Assembly: GCF_018977255.1 (NCBI RefSeq)
Contig: NW_024704742.1
Span: forward strand, 104,224,001 to 104,288,000
Reading direction: 5' to 3'
Origin: Callorhinchus milii
Taxonomy: Eukaryota
DNA: 64,000 nt
Position 1 is the stretch's first letter; the number at the start of each line of letters is the position of its first letter. Below the pieces are notes generated by a model. The model ran no database searches and was not told the DNA's origin. It was given only the letters and a program-made list of their open reading frames with translations. Below are positions 63,377-64,000 of this stretch, one piece after another. A program made the translations under genes and the position numbers.

Positions 63377-63820
63377 TTGAATTCAAGATCCTCATCCTCA
63401 CCTACAAGGCCATTCACGGCCTTGCTCCCTCCTACCTCTCCGACCTACTATCCCTCTACCTACCTGCCCATACCCTCCGTTCCTCTGGCTCCGGTCTGCT
63501 CCACATCCCCCGCCCCAACCGCCCTACCATCGGTGGCCGGGCCTTCAGCCTCTCAGCCCCGAGGCTCTGGAACTCCATCCCCCAGTGCCTTCGCCGCCTC
63601 CTCCCTTTCCTCCTTCAAGGCCGGTCTCAAGACCTTTCTCTTTGACCGTGCCTTCAGCTCCCCTCTCGACTCTCTACCCCCTCCTCGCTCCCTCCCTTCC
63701 CTCCCCTCACCCTAACCATTTCCCCCCTGCTCGGGTCCCGATCCAACTGTCCAGCACCTTGGCACGTCCTCCCGACATGAAAGGCGCTCTATAAATGAAA
63801 TCTTGTTGTTGTTGATGTTG
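63377..63820 (+). mobile_element. Young L2 3' fragment inserted in the minisatellite
   Basis: [19 protein letters not shown]...; stem-loop and TTG tail. Confidence 0.93.
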
Positions 63821-64000
63821 TGTGGTAGGTGTGTAAAGGGATGTGTGGTAGTGATATGGAAGGGATGTGTGCTGTGAAAGGTATGTGAGAATGTTGGTGT
63901 GTGAGGTTGGTATGTATTGGTGTGTATACAGTTCCCAATTGATATGTGTATTTCAAGATGTGATATGTGTTTATCATTATGTTCTCACGTTAAAAACTTC

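Overview
Vertebrate genomic DNA, not prokaryotic. The repeat content (tRNA-headed SINEs with Deu-like bodies, L2 and CR1 LINEs) points to a cartilaginous fish, most likely a chimaera; this is an inference. The whole window lies inside one + strand gene, EPB41L4A (band 4.1-like 4A/NBL4). Eleven GT-AG coding exons (orthologous to exons 2-12) run from 15662 to 62417 with consistent phases and encode most of the FERM domain plus the FERM-adjacent region. Exon 1 and the 3' exons are outside the window. The introns hold a young, almost complete L2 LINE (APE+RT), many L2 3' fragments, two CR1 families, many young and old SINE copies or fragments, MITE-like palindromes and tandem repeats. Best leads: (1) two inverted CR1 copies sharing an RT-removing deletion that closely flank exons 3-7 (438 nt, phase 0-0), a circRNA-type layout; (2) three local templated insertions; (3) a 1-nt frameshift hiding the true L2 ORF N-terminus; (4) a chimeric CORE+Deu SINE sharing a covarying 3' stem-loop with the L2; (5) old repeat families I cannot name. 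No wholly new system can be established from sequence alone. Repeat boundaries are approximate and family names rest on recalled consensus similarity, not database searches.
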